In this document: positions 62,061-64,000 of the stretch, in pieces
How positions within the stretch are numbered: the first letter of the stretch is position 1
Layout of the letters: each line of letters opens with the position of its first letter
Assembly (NCBI RefSeq): GCF_004010195.1
Contig: NC_057718.1
Span: 48,406,278 to 48,470,277, forward strand
DNA from: Chiloscyllium plagiosum
Taxonomy: Eukaryota
Direction: 5' to 3'
DNA length: 64,000 nucleotides
Made by a program: the position numbers and the translations under genes
Notes under the pieces: model-generated
The model's input: the letters and a program-made list of their open reading frames with translations, nothing else
Databases searched by the model: none
Told to the model about the DNA's origin: nothing

Positions 62061-64000
62061 ACATTTCAGTAGTAACCGCTTGTAACCTATCCCTTTTTTT
62101 CTACTTCTCTTGCACCTGCCTTCTTTCCGTGGAAACTATTTGTATATTCCCAGCACCACCCTACCAGGCTCAGGAGGTAGAAGTCCTGACAGACATGCAC
62201 ATTTATTCTTGGACCTCTCCTTACCTTGGCCTCAGCACTCACCCACTCCTATCACACCACTAGCCAAACCATGCTCACTACAAAGATTTCTCAGCCACTC
62301 ATTCACTTCCTTCCTTTTCTTTCCCTCTTACGTACCCTGCTAGTTGCTCATCCAATCCCAGGCTGTTTCTCTCCCATGTTCACTGCTGATAGGCTCATAG
62401 TGAATCTAGCCAGAAGACCTGGATTCATGTCCCGTCTGCAGCTGAGATTTGTCATTAAGTTGAATAGGTTTATTACAAATATCTGTAACGACTGCTGAAG
62501 AAAGAAAACTGGTTTCCTTTCGGTTAAATAAGCGCCTGATCACTTCTCTCTGCTTTTTGTTCTTAGCCCCAAGCTGTTCACTAACCTGCGAGCCAATCAC
62601 ATGGTTGTTGGCACACAAAAGACTTTTGTCATTCATAACTGCTCAATAGTCCATAGACCAATTAACTTCTTGAAACCAACCGAGCACCATCTGAAAGTAA
62701 ACCCTCCATGGTTCCTGGTTGTTGGACCTTTCAGTTACTGCTTGTTTAAGCAGATGTATAAATCATACTTGCCTTGAGTGTCAGATTATGTATTTCTCAA
62801 AGCATGCAGCAATCCTTGCAAAATAATAGTATTAAAGCAATTCTTCCTCATTTCAGTCCACAATTTAAAAAAAACACAACAAAAATAAAATACGTGGTCT
62901 CTACACTATTGATATTTTTTATCTCTCCAATATCAGAACTGACCAATTTTTCTGGTCTAATTTCTCCATTAGCCCTGACATTTTAAAAGATCTGAAACCA
63001 GATCCCTATAATCGTCCTCTTCAGGAAAGCACAGATCTTAATAGATGGTCTTTTCCTATAACTCAGCTCTTTATTCTTGTTCTAGATTGAATCATGTTTC
63101 ATAATACTCTAGATAGTGTCTCAGAAAGGTAAGATGCAATTTCCAAATTATTTTCTTTGACTTATTGATCTTAATGCTAACTGTTATGTAACTTTTTTTT
63201 GTTGTCCTGATGCCAGTCGGCACATTGAAGTGATGTCAACAATGCCTTAGCCAGCAAATTCCCAGTTTATCTTCATAAATTATGGCTCAGAAGAGTCTGT
63301 TTAGCACTTCCTGTGTGGCATTTCCTGTCTCTGAATGAACAATATTCCTTTTTCTCCATTTTCTCCCTGTACTCCTGAAGGTTCTCCCTTTTGAGATTAA
63401 TCTAATTCCTTCTTGAATGCCTTGATTGAACCTAGCTCCACAACACTGTCAGGCAGAGCACTCTAGATCTTATCTACTCATTGATTGCAAATGTTTCCCC
63501 TCATGTGTCCATCACTTCTTTTTGCCAATTGCCTTAAATCTGTGCCTTATTGTTAATCGTATCGCCAGTGCAAAATTATTAACTAGCTACTCTGTGGTCA
63601 CCCCTCAAAAATTTGAGTACTTCTGTAATTTAAAAATTTAATTGCTATAGAAATGGGCCCTTGTTGCATAAGTGGTACTGCCCCTACATCTGAGCCAGGA
63701 GGCCTGAGTTCATGTCCCACCTGATCCAGTGTAGTAATATCTCTGAACAGCTTGAACAGAAAATATCTTAATTATTGTAGCAGGAGGCTAAGCTAGCCAG
63801 TGATTCATTCAAGGTTCTAAATTAGAGATCAGCTTTTTCAAACTGCACAGTCAGTAAGGGGCACATGCTCAGGAGATTGTGTCTGTGTGACAAGTTGGCT
63901 GAGTGAGTAGCATATTAGGTTCGCATGGGGATTCGGTGTATGTGGAAAAGAAGTGTTTTAGATCAGGCTTATTTCAACAATGAAGTAAGTAAAGGAAAAT

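Overview
Repeat-rich vertebrate genomic DNA. The HE1-like V-SINEs, CR1 LINEs and Penelope derivatives point to an elasmobranch (shark). It holds one complete 7-exon, + strand gene for a mitochondrial amidoxime-reducing component (mARC/MOSC molybdoenzyme). The CDS runs 19874-57449 (1020 nt, 339 aa) and all introns are GT-AG. The Mo-ligand CxRC is intact, but several usually conserved cofactor-pocket motifs have diverged (FRPN->FRPV, DTSP->DTSS, PLFGxY->PVIGSH). A perfect DR5 nuclear-receptor element lies 25 nt upstream of the ATG. The rest is nested transposons: many CR1/L2 fragments, V-SINEs, a full-length decayed L1 in intron 6, a Gmr1-like Gypsy element in intron 4, two solo LTRs, an RTE fragment and Penelope-like remnants. 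The most striking non-genic signal is a set of minimal hammerhead-ribozyme motifs in three sequence families with covarying stems. They are carried by short, often palindromic Penelope-derived elements, sometimes one on each strand. All coordinates were counted by hand and no database search or folding program was run.
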